From Promethearchaeota archaeon (lineage in GTDB: Archaea; Asgardarchaeota; Thorarchaeia; Thorarchaeales; Thorarchaeaceae), in the NCBI GenBank assembly GCA_027031765.1, contig JALVPN010000143.1, positions 1 to 31,686 on the forward strand: a stretch of DNA of 31,686 nucleotides. Reading direction: 5' to 3'. Position 1 is the first letter of the stretch. The number at the start of each line of letters is the position of its first letter. The notes beneath the pieces are model-generated. The model had not been told where the DNA came from. It made no database searches and saw only the letters and a list, made by a program, of their open reading frames with translations. A program made the translations under genes and the position numbers. Below are positions 1-9,312 of the stretch, one piece after another.

Positions 1-289
1 GTGATACACCGGTCTCACCAGCCCGCCCCGTCACCAGGGCGACGAACACACTGAACACGAGTGACCCGAGCATCGGGTCAAACCACGGCGCAATGCCAGT
101 CTCTTGGAGAAAAAGGCCCAAGGCAGCACCACCCAGGGCCGCATGGGCGACGCCAGCGGTCATGAACGACAGGCCCCGGAACACCATGAACGTGCCACTG
201 CTGGCTGCCACCAGTGCTACTAGGAATGCCCCAATGAGTGCTCGCACAAGGAACGGCGAGCCCAGGACAGCAGAGAGTATATCAATCAT
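1..289 (-). CDS. znuB: Metal (Zn/Mn-type) ABC transporter permease, 5' part only (runs off window)
   Basis: Absent from the ORF track. Manual translation from ATG at 289 gives MIDILSAVLGSPFLVRALIGAFLVALVAASSGTFMVFRGLSFMTAGVAHAALGGAALG..., the ABC-3 permease pattern. The start overlaps the ATPase stop. Confidence 0.85.
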   Translation of the reverse strand, partial: MIDILSAVLGSPFLVRALIGAFLVALVAASSGTFMVFRGLSFMTAGVAHAALGGAALGLFLQETGIAPWFDPMLGSLVFSVFVALVTGRAGETGVS

Positions 290-1085
290 GACGGTCAAGC
301 CCCGAGTCCTTTGTCACACAGTACCTGTGTCCTGCATACTCGACAATTCGCGTCGACGGCCCGTACACCTGTTGCAGGATCTCTGCGTCCATCACATCGC
401 ATGGCGTGCCAATCCCGACCAGTCGGTTCTTCAGCAACAGCACACGCTCAACATACGTGTGGACTGGGTTGAGGTCGTGGGTCACCATGATGATGCTCAC
501 GTCATTCTCCTTGTGGTACTTGCCGAGGGCCCTGACAATCAGGTCCTGGCTCTCAGCATCAGTCCCCGCAAGTGGCTCGTCAAGCATCAGGAGGGAGCCC
601 TCGCTTGCCAGGGCGCGTGCTACGAGGACCCTCTGTCGCTGGCCACCAGACAGTGCCGGGAACGGGCGGTCCCACAGCTCGGCCATGTGTACCATCCGTA
701 GTGCTTCGAGGGCCACCTCGCGGTCGCGTCGCGAAACAAGACGTGGTGGCGGTTTCTTGAGCAGCCGGCCCATCAGGACGATGTCCTTGACCCTCATCGG
801 GATGTTGAGCTCAAGCCTGTCACGCTGGGGGACGTAGCGCACAAGCCTCCTGATCTTCTTGCTCTCCCTCACCGAGTCGTAGCCGAACAGGCGGACATGC
901 CCGCGTGTGGGACGTAGCAGACCGAGGGCCGTCTTCAAGAGGGTGCTCTTTCCAGACCCGTTCGGGCCAATGATTGCTATGAAGCTGGGCTGCTCAATGC
1001 GGAAGGTCAGGTCGAACAGTGCAAGCTCACCGGTAGGATAGCGTACGGTCAGGTGTTCTGCCTCGAACAGGGATGGGGCTTCCAA
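282..1085 (-). CDS. znuC: Metal ABC transporter ATP-binding protein
   Basis: Walker A GPNGSGKST, signature LSGGQRQR, Walker B LMLDEP and H-loop VTHD. TTG start preceded by GGAGGTGA. Confidence 0.9.
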   Translation of the reverse strand: MEAPSLFEAEHLTVRYPTGELALFDLTFRIEQPSFIAIIGPNGSGKSTLLKTALGLLRPTRGHVRLFGYDSVRESKKIRRLVRYVPQRDRLELNIPMRVKDIVLMGRLLKKPPPRLVSRRDREVALEALRMVHMAELWDRPFPALSGGQRQRVLVARALASEGSLLMLDEPLAGTDAESQDLIVRALGKYHKENDVSIIMVTHDLNPVHTYVERVLLLKNRLVGIGTPCDVMDAEILQQVYGPSTRIVEYAGHRYCVTKDSGLDRHD

Positions 1086-1091
1086 CCAGTG

Positions 1092-1484
1092 TCACCTCCC
1101 CACAATGTTCACGTCCACACGCAATACCTGACGCTGACTCCTCTGTGCCTTCACGAACTCACGCATGTCCTCAGCGTCACCTGACAGCAGCAGCACATCT
1201 ATGCAGCAGCCATCATGGGAGTGCGAGTGCATCACTGCACTGAGCAGGTGCGCATACCTGTGTTGCACATCGTGTGCACCACTGTGCTTCGACTCACCAG
1301 AATACGTGACCGTCACCACTGCCGTGATGGCCCCTTCCAGGTCTTCAAGGGCCTTGTGAAGACTCAGGAGGGACCGTAGTGCGTAGCGCACTACCTCAGA
1401 CCTGCTCGAAAAACCGCCCTCATCCCGGAGGAGCTCTAGGGATTCCAAGTCCGAGTCGGGCATTGACACTGCAACGATTGGCAC
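1092..1484 (-). CDS. NikR/CopG-family ribbon-helix-helix regulator with C-terminal metal-binding domain
   Basis: RHH N-terminus (PIVAVSM...FSSRSEVVRYALR) and NikR-like HDVQH...MHSHSHDGCC. GTG at 1484 follows AGGTGA, so it is preferred over 1493. Confidence 0.85.
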   Translation of the reverse strand: MPIVAVSMPDSDLESLELLRDEGGFSSRSEVVRYALRSLLSLHKALEDLEGAITAVVTVTYSGESKHSGAHDVQHRYAHLLSAVMHSHSHDGCCIDVLLLSGDAEDMREFVKAQRSQRQVLRVDVNIVGR

Positions 1485-1541
1485 ACGGGTCACCTGCTAT
1501 ATGGTGCGGCCCGGAACAGCCGGCCGACTGCTGGCAACTCC

Positions 1542-1598
1542 GGAACCCTTATACGGTCTCAACAGCCACTATTAGGATGCACAGAGAAGTTAATAACT
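1542..1598 (+). promoter_or_regulatory. BRE/TATA-like element (GGAACCCTTATA, 1542-1553) plus palindrome AGTTA-A-TAACT (1588-1598) upstream of the substrate-binding protein gene
   Basis: Lies in the divergent intergenic region. The motif resembles other GAA(A)CC-TATA elements in this window. Confidence 0.4.
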
Positions 1599-1620
1599 CC
1601 TTGTATCGGGGACTGTTGTC

Positions 1621-2682
1621 ATGCGGACTGGCACTGTGCAGGGAATACTGCTGACAGTGGTACTTGTACAGACTCTGCTCGCCCCAGTCGTCGTGGTGGG
1701 ACAGACGGGCACGGGCACGCAGGTGAGGGTGGCAGCATCCATAGCACCACTTGCGGGGATTGTGAAAGATGTAGGTGGGGACAGTGTGGACGTCTCGGTC
1801 CTGCTGCCAGAGGGTGTGGAACCACACGCAGCATCGCTCCCACCATCATCAGTGAGCGCGGCGCAGGAGGCAGACCTGCTGGTGCTGACAGGTCACTTCC
1901 CGTGGGAGGAAGAGCTCTTGGGACAGGTGGACACACCCTACGTGACATTCCATGATGAAGGGAGCAGCATCGCGGCGTACGAGACATATGGTGCATCACT
2001 GTCGCCAATGCCGGGTCGCAGGGGACACGGGACGGAGAGTGGAAACCCACACGGCTGGTGGATGCTGCCGGCAAATGCAGTCGCCATTGCCAACGCTACG
2101 AGGGTGGCCCTGACCATGCTGTTCCCCAGTGAGGACAGTACGTGGGATGCGGGTCTTGACGAGTTTGTCAGGGATGTGCAGACACTCCAACGCACAGTCC
2201 AAGCACTTGATGCGACCTACCAGTTCTCCGCGCTGCATGCTGTCGCCGTCTTTCCGGCTGAGGCATACATAGCAGAGGCCTTTGGGATCCATTGCGAGGC
2301 CGTACTACAGGAGGAGGGGGTCTTCATCGGGGGGTCTGACCTGATGGCGTTACAGGAGGGACTCTCCAATGGCAGCCTCAATGTCATTGTTGGGTCGGAC
2401 ATCGCAAGGCTACAGACCACAGGCGAGTTCGCCTACCAGCTCTCGTCAGACTATGGGGTACCACTTGTATGGTGGAAGACGGTCTTCTCAGACATTGCAG
2501 ACTATGTCGCGGTCATGACTGTTAACCTCGGAGCGCTGACATCCGCGCTTGACTCGACTTCACAGGGCACAGCAGTGTCATTTACAACAGGAATCGTACT
2601 CGTTGGTGTGGTCGTAGTGCTCGCCGTCGTGGTGGTGATAGAAACAGCGCTCATAGTACAGCGGGCCAGGTCTGACGACTGA
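1621..2682 (+). CDS. Metal ABC transporter substrate-binding protein (ZnuA/TroA-like) with N-terminal signal and C-terminal TM anchor
   Basis: VAASIAPLAGIVKDVGG, EPH and NPHGW motifs, hydrophobic N- and C-termini, and adjacency to the ATPase/permease genes. Confidence 0.85.
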   Translation: MRTGTVQGILLTVVLVQTLLAPVVVVGQTGTGTQVRVAASIAPLAGIVKDVGGDSVDVSVLLPEGVEPHAASLPPSSVSAAQEADLLVLTGHFPWEEELLGQVDTPYVTFHDEGSSIAAYETYGASLSPMPGRRGHGTESGNPHGWWMLPANAVAIANATRVALTMLFPSEDSTWDAGLDEFVRDVQTLQRTVQALDATYQFSALHAVAVFPAEAYIAEAFGIHCEAVLQEEGVFIGGSDLMALQEGLSNGSLNVIVGSDIARLQTTGEFAYQLSSDYGVPLVWWKTVFSDIADYVAVMTVNLGALTSALDSTSQGTAVSFTTGIVLVGVVVVLAVVVVIETALIVQRARSDD

Positions 2683-2711
2683 CCTCGCAGCGCAGGTATA
2701 GGTCTGGCTGG

Positions 2712-3059
2712 TCACAGTCGCACAGATGTCCCCAGACGCAGGTTGTAGACTTCGAACTCGAGCTCCGTGAGCTCGTCTTGGAGTTCTCTGTACCTGCGCT
2801 CAAACTCATCAGGCCCGATTGTACCTGCACGCTTCTGCATCACAAGTTCTTTGAGAGCCTTCTGTCGCCTGCCGATTTCCCGTTTGAGGTACTCCCAACG
2901 TTCGCGGTGTGACTGCACAGAATGCCCCCAGGAACCGCTTGACTCGTCGTCCGGCTCCAGTTTCCGTACGACGTCATCAAGGGCCTTTCGTATTTCGGAC
3001 GGGTCGCGCGTGTCGTCTTCTCCTTTGTCCAAGACCAGCACCAGCACGTGGGTACACAT
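2712..3059 (-). CDS. Hypothetical small helical protein with SHOCT-like C-terminal motif (true start may be TTG 3032)
   Basis: Fills the gap between two + genes. Charged and helical, with GTIGPDEFERRYREL. Confidence 0.65.
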   Translation of the reverse strand: MCTHVLVLVLDKGEDDTRDPSEIRKALDDVVRKLEPDDESSGSWGHSVQSHRERWEYLKREIGRRQKALKELVMQKRAGTIGPDEFERRYRELQDELTELEFEVYNLRLGTSVRL

Positions 3060-3126
3060 GTGTCGTGATTTAATCCTTCAGATAGGTAGACAAAGTGGTC
3101 AGGCCAGCGTCCCAGAGTGGCATGTC

Positions 3127-3139
3127 AGAAAGGTTATAT
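3127..3139 (+). promoter_or_regulatory. BRE/TATA-like element for the first hdrA
   Basis: AGAAAGG-TTATAT about 50 nt upstream of ATG 3188. Confidence 0.4.
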
Positions 3140-3187
3140 CACCTCTCGGCGCACAGGTCGCCCATCTCCGACAGGGTGACAGTGCAG

Positions 3188-6100
3188 ATGACGGCCGAGT
3201 CCTCTACCAGGACTGCTCGAAAGGGCAAGTCTACCGATGTCCTTGTGATTGGCGCCGGAATGGCAGGGATCAATGCGGCGCTGGGTGTTGCAGAGGCGGG
3301 CCACCACGCCCACCTGATTGAGAAGACTGTGAACATTGGTGGCAACTACGTTGCAATCTACAAGATATTCCCTGCGCTGGAGTGCTCAGCGTGCGTGATG
3401 ACGCCACTGACATCCTTCGTCGGCAAGCACCCCAATATTACAATCCATGCCCTGTCCGAGGTCGTGGCCGTCAAGGGCAGGGCTGGCGACTTCACAGTCA
3501 CAATAAGGCAGAGGGCACGCTATGTCAATGCCGACAAGTGTACGGGCTGTGGGCTCTGCGAGGCAAACTGTCCTGTCGAGGTACCAAAGGAGTACGACTT
3601 TGGACAGTCGCTACGGAAGGCAATCTACTTCAATTTCAAACAGCAGATCCCGTTGATTGCAACGATTGACCGCGAGTCATGCATAGGCTGTGGTACCTGT
3701 GCAGGTGTCTGCCCTCAGGACTGCATCATTTACGACGATGAGGACAAGGTCTATGACCTGAGGGTCGGCGCCATAATCGTAGCGACCGGGTTCCAAGAGT
3801 ACAAGCCCATCGACTACGGGGAGTACGGGTACGGTATATACCCAAACGTACTCACGTCGCTGGAATATGACAGACAGACGCATCCCACTGGGCCTACGGA
3901 TGCACACATGCTGCGGCCCTCTGACGGGCGCGAGCCCGAGCGGGTACTCTTTATCAACTGTGTCGGGAGCAGGGATGTCAGGGAGAACATTAGCGGCTAC
4001 AGTGCACACTGCAACAAGGTCTGCTGCTCGTTTGGGCTGAAGCTTGCACAGGTCACAAGGATGCACTATCCAGAGGAGCACTGTGAGATTATCTACACAT
4101 ACATGGACCTGAGGACTGCAGGGAAGGCCCTTGAAGAGTTCCTGTGGGACTCGCAACACAGTCACGGCATCAAGTTCATCCGGGGACGTGTGGCTGAGAT
4201 ACAGGAGGACCCTGACACCCACGACCTGTTCGTGAAGCTTGAAGACACCGAGACCGGCGAGATAAAGGAACTTGACAAGATATCGATGGTGGTGCTGAAC
4301 GCGAGTTTCAGACCTCACGAGGAGACCGCCAGACTCGCGAAGGTGCTGAAGATAGACCTGTCAGAAGAGGGGTGGATAAAGGAACGGCACCCCAACACAG
4401 GGGCACTTGAGACCAACCGCCCCGGGATATTCGTGGCGGGCTGCGCCCATGGGCCAAGGGATGGTACAGACACTGTGAACGAGGGCAAGGGCGCTGCAAT
4501 GGCAGCCCACTCGATACTGCCCATCCCCACACCGTCACCACCACCCGAGGTGCCACCCCTTGATGTCCCGGAGGAGCCGCGGGTGGGCGTCTTCATCTGT
4601 CACTGTGGTGGGATTATTGGCAATGTGATAGACTCACCAGGCCTTGCACGCTGGGCGGCTGACCTGCCCAATGTGGTCTACAGCACCGACTACATCTTCA
4701 TGTGCAGCGACCCGGGACAGCACCTGGTGACCGAGGCAATCAAGGAGCACAGACTGAACAGGGTTGTCATCGGCTCCTGTTCGCCGCTGCAGCACCAGGA
4801 AACCTTCAGGGGAGCCCTTGAGGCGGCCGGGCTGTCACGGTACTACTTGGTGGGCCCCGTCGGGCTCAGGGAGCAACTGGCACTGGTGAACGCACACGCA
4901 CCGCCCGAGGTGCGCCAAGAGAAGGCGCAGGACATGATCCGCAGCGCAGTGGCAAAGGCCATCAACAACGAGGTCGTACCTGTGAAGTCGGTCGAGGTGA
5001 CCCGTGTTGCGATGGTTGTCGGTGGCGGTGTGTCAGGCATGACCGCAGCCCTTGACATTGCAAGGAAAGGGTTCGATGTGGTCCTTGTGGAGAAGCAGGA
5101 CCGACTGGGCGGACGGCTCAATGACCTCTACAGGGTATTCCCAAAGATGGAGAGTGCACGGGACATAGTGGACGACCTTGTGTCGCGTGTGAAGAAGGAG
5201 AAGAGGGTTCGGGTGCTCCTCAACTCCAAGGTCGTTGGCCGGGATGGCTCATATGGCAACTATGACATCACAGTGGAAGACCTGAAGACGGGTGAGCGCT
5301 CTGTCCACCGGATTGGCACCATGGTAGTCACTGTTGGTACCGATACGTACGAGCCCAAGCATGGCGAGTATGGTTGGGGAGAGGCCCCATGTGTGATCAC
5401 GACCCTCGACCTTGAGAAGAAACTCAGGGCAGGGGAGGTCACCGAACCGCCAAAGAACCCGGTGTTCATACACTGTGTGGGCTCCCGTCAGAACCCGGGT
5501 GAGGGGAACAGGTACTGTTCTCGCGTCTGTTGCTCGGCAGTGTTGACCATGCAGCACGAGCTCCGTGAGATGTTCCCGGATATCAGGATATTCTCCGCCT
5601 ACAAGGAACACATCAGGCCGTTCGGGTCCGGCATGGAGGAGATGTGGAGGGAGAACCGTCAGAAGGGTGTTACGTACCTCCGGTGGGTCAGGGAGAGGCC
5701 CGTCACTGTGGAGAGGGCACCTGACAGTGATGAGGCTATCGTCACTGTCTACGACACGCTCTCACAACAGGAGTTCCGCATCCGCTCCAACATGGTCGTG
5801 CTGGCTGTCGGCCTTGAGGCACCCCACGATGTCGATGAGCTGGTGCGTGCACTTGGCATCAACCGTGGACAGGACGGGTTCCTTGCAGAGATGCACATGA
5901 AGTTCAGACCGGTGGAGACCACCGTGCCAGGCATCTTCCTCGGGGTCACCTATGCGAAGAACATAGCTGACTCAATCAACCAGGCCCGTGGTGCGGCCAG
6001 TGAGGCGGCGGTGCCCCTGACACTGGGGACCGTGGAAATCGAACTGCTGACAGCTGAGGTGGACCAGGAACTCTGCGTTGGGTGCGACCTGTGCAACTAC

Positions 6101-6292
6101 TCCGAGATATGTCCATATGATGCGATATCGATGGTCGAGGTCAGGCCGGGTGTCAAGAAGAGCGTCACCGATGAGATGAGGTGCGAGGGGTGTGGGGCCT
6201 GCTGTGCCATATGTCCCACTGGAGCACGCGACCTGCGCTGGTGGCGCGAGAAGAGCTTCCTCGAACAGATCGAGGAGATGCTGAGGGAGTAG
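3188..6292 (+). CDS. hdrA: Tandem (two FAD module) heterodisulfide reductase subunit A-like protein, 1034 aa
   Basis: Two Rossmann motifs (GAGMAG, GGGVSG), FPALECSAC, four CxxCxxC ferredoxin motifs, two CVGSR...CxxxCC motifs and an internal CHCG...MCS...SCSP domain. ATG 3188 lies just before the FAD motif. Confidence 0.9.
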   Translation: MTAESSTRTARKGKSTDVLVIGAGMAGINAALGVAEAGHHAHLIEKTVNIGGNYVAIYKIFPALECSACVMTPLTSFVGKHPNITIHALSEVVAVKGRAGDFTVTIRQRARYVNADKCTGCGLCEANCPVEVPKEYDFGQSLRKAIYFNFKQQIPLIATIDRESCIGCGTCAGVCPQDCIIYDDEDKVYDLRVGAIIVATGFQEYKPIDYGEYGYGIYPNVLTSLEYDRQTHPTGPTDAHMLRPSDGREPERVLFINCVGSRDVRENISGYSAHCNKVCCSFGLKLAQVTRMHYPEEHCEIIYTYMDLRTAGKALEEFLWDSQHSHGIKFIRGRVAEIQEDPDTHDLFVKLEDTETGEIKELDKISMVVLNASFRPHEETARLAKVLKIDLSEEGWIKERHPNTGALETNRPGIFVAGCAHGPRDGTDTVNEGKGAAMAAHSILPIPTPSPPPEVPPLDVPEEPRVGVFICHCGGIIGNVIDSPGLARWAADLPNVVYSTDYIFMCSDPGQHLVTEAIKEHRLNRVVIGSCSPLQHQETFRGALEAAGLSRYYLVGPVGLREQLALVNAHAPPEVRQEKAQDMIRSAVAKAINNEVVPVKSVEVTRVAMVVGGGVSGMTAALDIARKGFDVVLVEKQDRLGGRLNDLYRVFPKMESARDIVDDLVSRVKKEKRVRVLLNSKVVGRDGSYGNYDITVEDLKTGERSVHRIGTMVVTVGTDTYEPKHGEYGWGEAPCVITTLDLEKKLRAGEVTEPPKNPVFIHCVGSRQNPGEGNRYCSRVCCSAVLTMQHELREMFPDIRIFSAYKEHIRPFGSGMEEMWRENRQKGVTYLRWVRERPVTVERAPDSDEAIVTVYDTLSQQEFRIRSNMVVLAVGLEAPHDVDELVRALGINRGQDGFLAEMHMKFRPVETTVPGIFLGVTYAKNIADSINQARGAASEAAVPLTLGTVEIELLTAEVDQELCVGCDLCNYSEICPYDAISMVEVRPGVKKSVTDEMRCEGCGACCAICPTGARDLRWWREKSFLEQIEEMLRE

Positions 6293-6298
6293 ACGCCT

Positions 6299-6907
6299 AT
6301 GGTGACACTCCAGGGCCTCTATGCAGGGTGGATGGTGCTCAACGAACTGATGGGCGACCTCAGTCGGCGAGGCGTGTTCATCCCGGATCTGACATACGCG
6401 GACCTCAGGAACTCCAAGATGGTCCTTGAGTACCTCCGTGAGTTTGACAGGGACATCCATGAACTCAATGGCGCCGACGCACGGCTCCGTGATGAGATGG
6501 AAACAAAGATAATCAGCCTGCGGGACACAATGCTGGTCTGGGCTGAAGACGCCGGCGGAAGGGCCTACCGACGGGACTGGGAGCAGAGGTTCGACGACGC
6601 CGTGCACGAGCGCACTGAGATACCACACGGCGAGCCCTCACGGACGCCAATCAGCGACCTGCCCAGAGAAAAGGGTACGGGCTTCTTCAGGATCAGGCTG
6701 CCGGAAGAGATACCCGTGGAAGTCGTCGGCGAACTGGCGGAGGAGTGCCGGGTGTTGATCACGCTCGATGGCGACAGACACCTCCAGGTCAGCGGAAAGA
6801 AAGAACATGTCAGGGTGGCAATGCGGAGGCTTGGCGAGCTGTTCTATGGCAGCGAGACACAGCGTGGGTCACGGCCACATCAAGGCGCAGAGGACGAACC
6901 GCAGTAG
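6299..6907 (+). CDS. DUF2096-like archaeal protein
   Basis: N-terminus WMVLNELMGDLSRRGVFIP...DLRNSK and C-terminal RIRLP...GELAEECRV fit the DUF2096 pattern as recalled. Starts 6 nt after the hdrA stop. Confidence 0.6.
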   Translation: MVTLQGLYAGWMVLNELMGDLSRRGVFIPDLTYADLRNSKMVLEYLREFDRDIHELNGADARLRDEMETKIISLRDTMLVWAEDAGGRAYRRDWEQRFDDAVHERTEIPHGEPSRTPISDLPREKGTGFFRIRLPEEIPVEVVGELAEECRVLITLDGDRHLQVSGKKEHVRVAMRRLGELFYGSETQRGSRPHQGAEDEPQ

Positions 6908-7001
6908 TACACTCCCGACAGCACAGAAGTGTGCGCTCCGAAAGTTTGACAAGGCCATGTGCCCAATCGCCGGAATGTGTACCCAACAGGAGGGACACAT
7001 T

Positions 7002-7904
7002 ATGGACAGCGGAGAGACACGGGTCACGCGGATGATGCTGTCACTGGAGGGACTGTCAATAGGAGATGCATTTGGAGAGTGCTTCTTCGACCCGGACAGC
7101 ATCCGTGACCGGTGGGTCGAGAGGAGGCTGCTCCCGCCGGGGATGTGGACGTACACAGATGACACACAGATGGCCCTGTCAGTGGCATCGGTGCTCCTCA
7201 CAGACGGCACGATAGACCAGGACAGGCTCGCAGAGAGCTTCACCCGCAACTTTGACCCGACGCGAGGGTATGGCGCTGCGATGTACCATGCATTTCCGCG
7301 GGTCATCGGCGGGGCCCCATGGCGGGCGGTGTTCAGCTCGTTGTTCGGTGGTGAGGGTTCGTGTGGCAACGGTGCAGCCATGAGGGTGGCACCGGTCGGG
7401 GCCTACTTTGCAGACGACCTCTCACTGGTGGTAGAGAACGCCAGACGTTCGGCACAGGTGACACACTGGCACCCTGAGGCGGCGGCCGGCGCGATTGCAG
7501 TTGCCGTGGCCACTGCACTGGCATGGCAGTCGAGCGGCGAAGCAACGCCTACACCACAGGAGTTCATAGATGGCATCCTCGCCCACACGCCAGAGGGGGC
7601 CACATATGACGGACTCGTGCTGGCAGCGTCGCTGGAACCCGATACGACAGTGGAGGAGGCCGTGTCCGTCCTTGGAAATGGGGGTGACGTCATGGTACAG
7701 GACACAGTCCCATTTGCGGTCTGGTGCGCGGCCAGCAACCTCGACGACTTTGAAGGGGCACTCTGGCAGACCGTCAGTGGACGCGGAGATATCGACACCA
7801 ACTGTGCCATTGTCGGGGGCATTGTCGCGGCGCATGTGGGGTGGGAGGACATCCCGGGTGAGTGGGTGCGCCGCAGGGAGCCGCTGCCAGACCTCCCCAT
7901 CTAG
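7002..7904 (+). CDS. ADP-ribosylglycohydrolase (DraG/ARH family), 300 aa
   Basis: GDAFG, YTDDTQM, GNGAAMRVAP, THWHP and GDIDTNCAIVG motifs. AGGAGGG RBS precedes ATG 7002. Confidence 0.9.
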   Translation: MDSGETRVTRMMLSLEGLSIGDAFGECFFDPDSIRDRWVERRLLPPGMWTYTDDTQMALSVASVLLTDGTIDQDRLAESFTRNFDPTRGYGAAMYHAFPRVIGGAPWRAVFSSLFGGEGSCGNGAAMRVAPVGAYFADDLSLVVENARRSAQVTHWHPEAAAGAIAVAVATALAWQSSGEATPTPQEFIDGILAHTPEGATYDGLVLAASLEPDTTVEEAVSVLGNGGDVMVQDTVPFAVWCAASNLDDFEGALWQTVSGRGDIDTNCAIVGGIVAAHVGWEDIPGEWVRRREPLPDLPI

Positions 7905-7908
7905 ACGA

Positions 7909-8784
7909 CTAGAGGCCGAGGACTTCTGCAATCGGGTCGAGGGACACACGGTTCGTCTCAAGGGCCAGCCGGTCGTGGTCAAGGCCCATTGCAATGCCCA
8001 GCACCTGGGTCACGAACAGGGCCGGGAGCTCGAGTGACGAGCCGTCCTCGTCCTTGAGGCCCAGTACCTGTACGTCGAACTGCATGTGGCAGGCGGGACA
8101 GTTAGTCACAATACAGTCAGCACCGGCGTCTATTGCCGACCGCATCTTCTCCTGCAGAATCCGTGTCGCTACATCTTCGCTGGCAATGAGGAGTGGCGAA
8201 CCACAGCACCTCAGCTTCAGGGGCCATGGTATACTCCTTGCACCTGTGAGTTCGAGCAGCTCGTCGACCTTGTGTGGCAGTTCAGGGTCGTCAAAGCCCG
8301 CAACACTGGAGGGACGGATGAGGTGACAGCCCGGATGGAAGGCAATCTTGAGGCCATCGAGTGGCCTGACAATCCGTCTGCGGATCTCTTCGCGGAGGTC
8401 ATAGAGGACTTCGACAAAGTGGCGGATGCGCACCTTGCCGGTGTACCGGAGACCCAGAGGCGCGAGGGCCTCGTTGACCTTCTCACGGAACTCCTCACTG
8501 TCGTGGAGGACGTGGTCGACATCTTTGAGGCTGCCGAAGCACCCATTGCAAGGTGTCACGATGTCATGCCCGCGCTTCTCTGCCAGTGCAATGTTGCGTC
8601 CAGAGAGGCCGAGCCAGCTCATCTCGTCTATAGACTTGAGGACCACGGTGCCACAACAGGAGGCGCCCTCAAAGTCCAGCAGTTCAATCCCCAGGTGCTC
8701 TGCCACTGCACGCATGGACGACTCGTAGTTGTTGAAGCGGTTTGGGATTGCGCAGCCGAGGAACACTTCGTATCTCATGGTCAT
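7909..8784 (-). CDS. hdrB: Heterodisulfide reductase subunit B
   Basis: Two CCG domains: FLGC...SCCG...PCNGC and HPGCH...RCCG...NCPAC. Abuts hdrC. Confidence 0.92.
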   Translation of the reverse strand: MTMRYEVFLGCAIPNRFNNYESSMRAVAEHLGIELLDFEGASCCGTVVLKSIDEMSWLGLSGRNIALAEKRGHDIVTPCNGCFGSLKDVDHVLHDSEEFREKVNEALAPLGLRYTGKVRIRHFVEVLYDLREEIRRRIVRPLDGLKIAFHPGCHLIRPSSVAGFDDPELPHKVDELLELTGARSIPWPLKLRCCGSPLLIASEDVATRILQEKMRSAIDAGADCIVTNCPACHMQFDVQVLGLKDEDGSSLELPALFVTQVLGIAMGLDHDRLALETNRVSLDPIAEVLGL

Positions 8785-9312
8785 CTACTCGTCCTCCTGT
8801 AGACACATCAGGCCCAGTCGTTCCAACAGCCCCCTTGTCTCATCGACGTCGAGCTCAGGGACATTTTCGAGCTCCAAGTCTTCGCGTTCCCAGTCTGTAG
8901 GTTCATACAGGCGCCCCCGTTCATATAGCGTCTGTCTTGCAGCAACATAGCCCGGTGGGGCGATGCCATTCCTGAAGGCCATGTTCTTGAGGCCAAACAG
9001 GATGTCGGTGATGCTGATACCCTGTGGGCACCGCTCCTGGCATGTATAGCAGGTGGTGCACAGCCAGATCATGTCGGTCTGGAGGACATCCCGGATGCCG
9101 AGCACCAGCATCCTCATGACCTCGTGAACCTGGATGTTCACCTTATCACTGACGGGACACCCCGCACTACACTTGGCACACTGAAAACATGCTGTGAGGT
9201 CCTGGCCACCGAGCAGCTCCGTCACAGCATGTGTGAACTCGGCGTCCAGTACATCGAACTTGCGCCCTTCAAACGAGTCGAACTTACCCCACGACCCTGC
9301 CACTGTCATCAC
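8785..9312 (-). CDS. hdrC: Heterodisulfide reductase subunit C
   Basis: CFQCAKCSAGCP and WLCTTCYTCQERCP. Start overlaps the upstream hdrA stop. Confidence 0.92.
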   Translation of the reverse strand: MMTVAGSWGKFDSFEGRKFDVLDAEFTHAVTELLGGQDLTACFQCAKCSAGCPVSDKVNIQVHEVMRMLVLGIRDVLQTDMIWLCTTCYTCQERCPQGISITDILFGLKNMAFRNGIAPPGYVAARQTLYERGRLYEPTDWEREDLELENVPELDVDETRGLLERLGLMCLQEDE

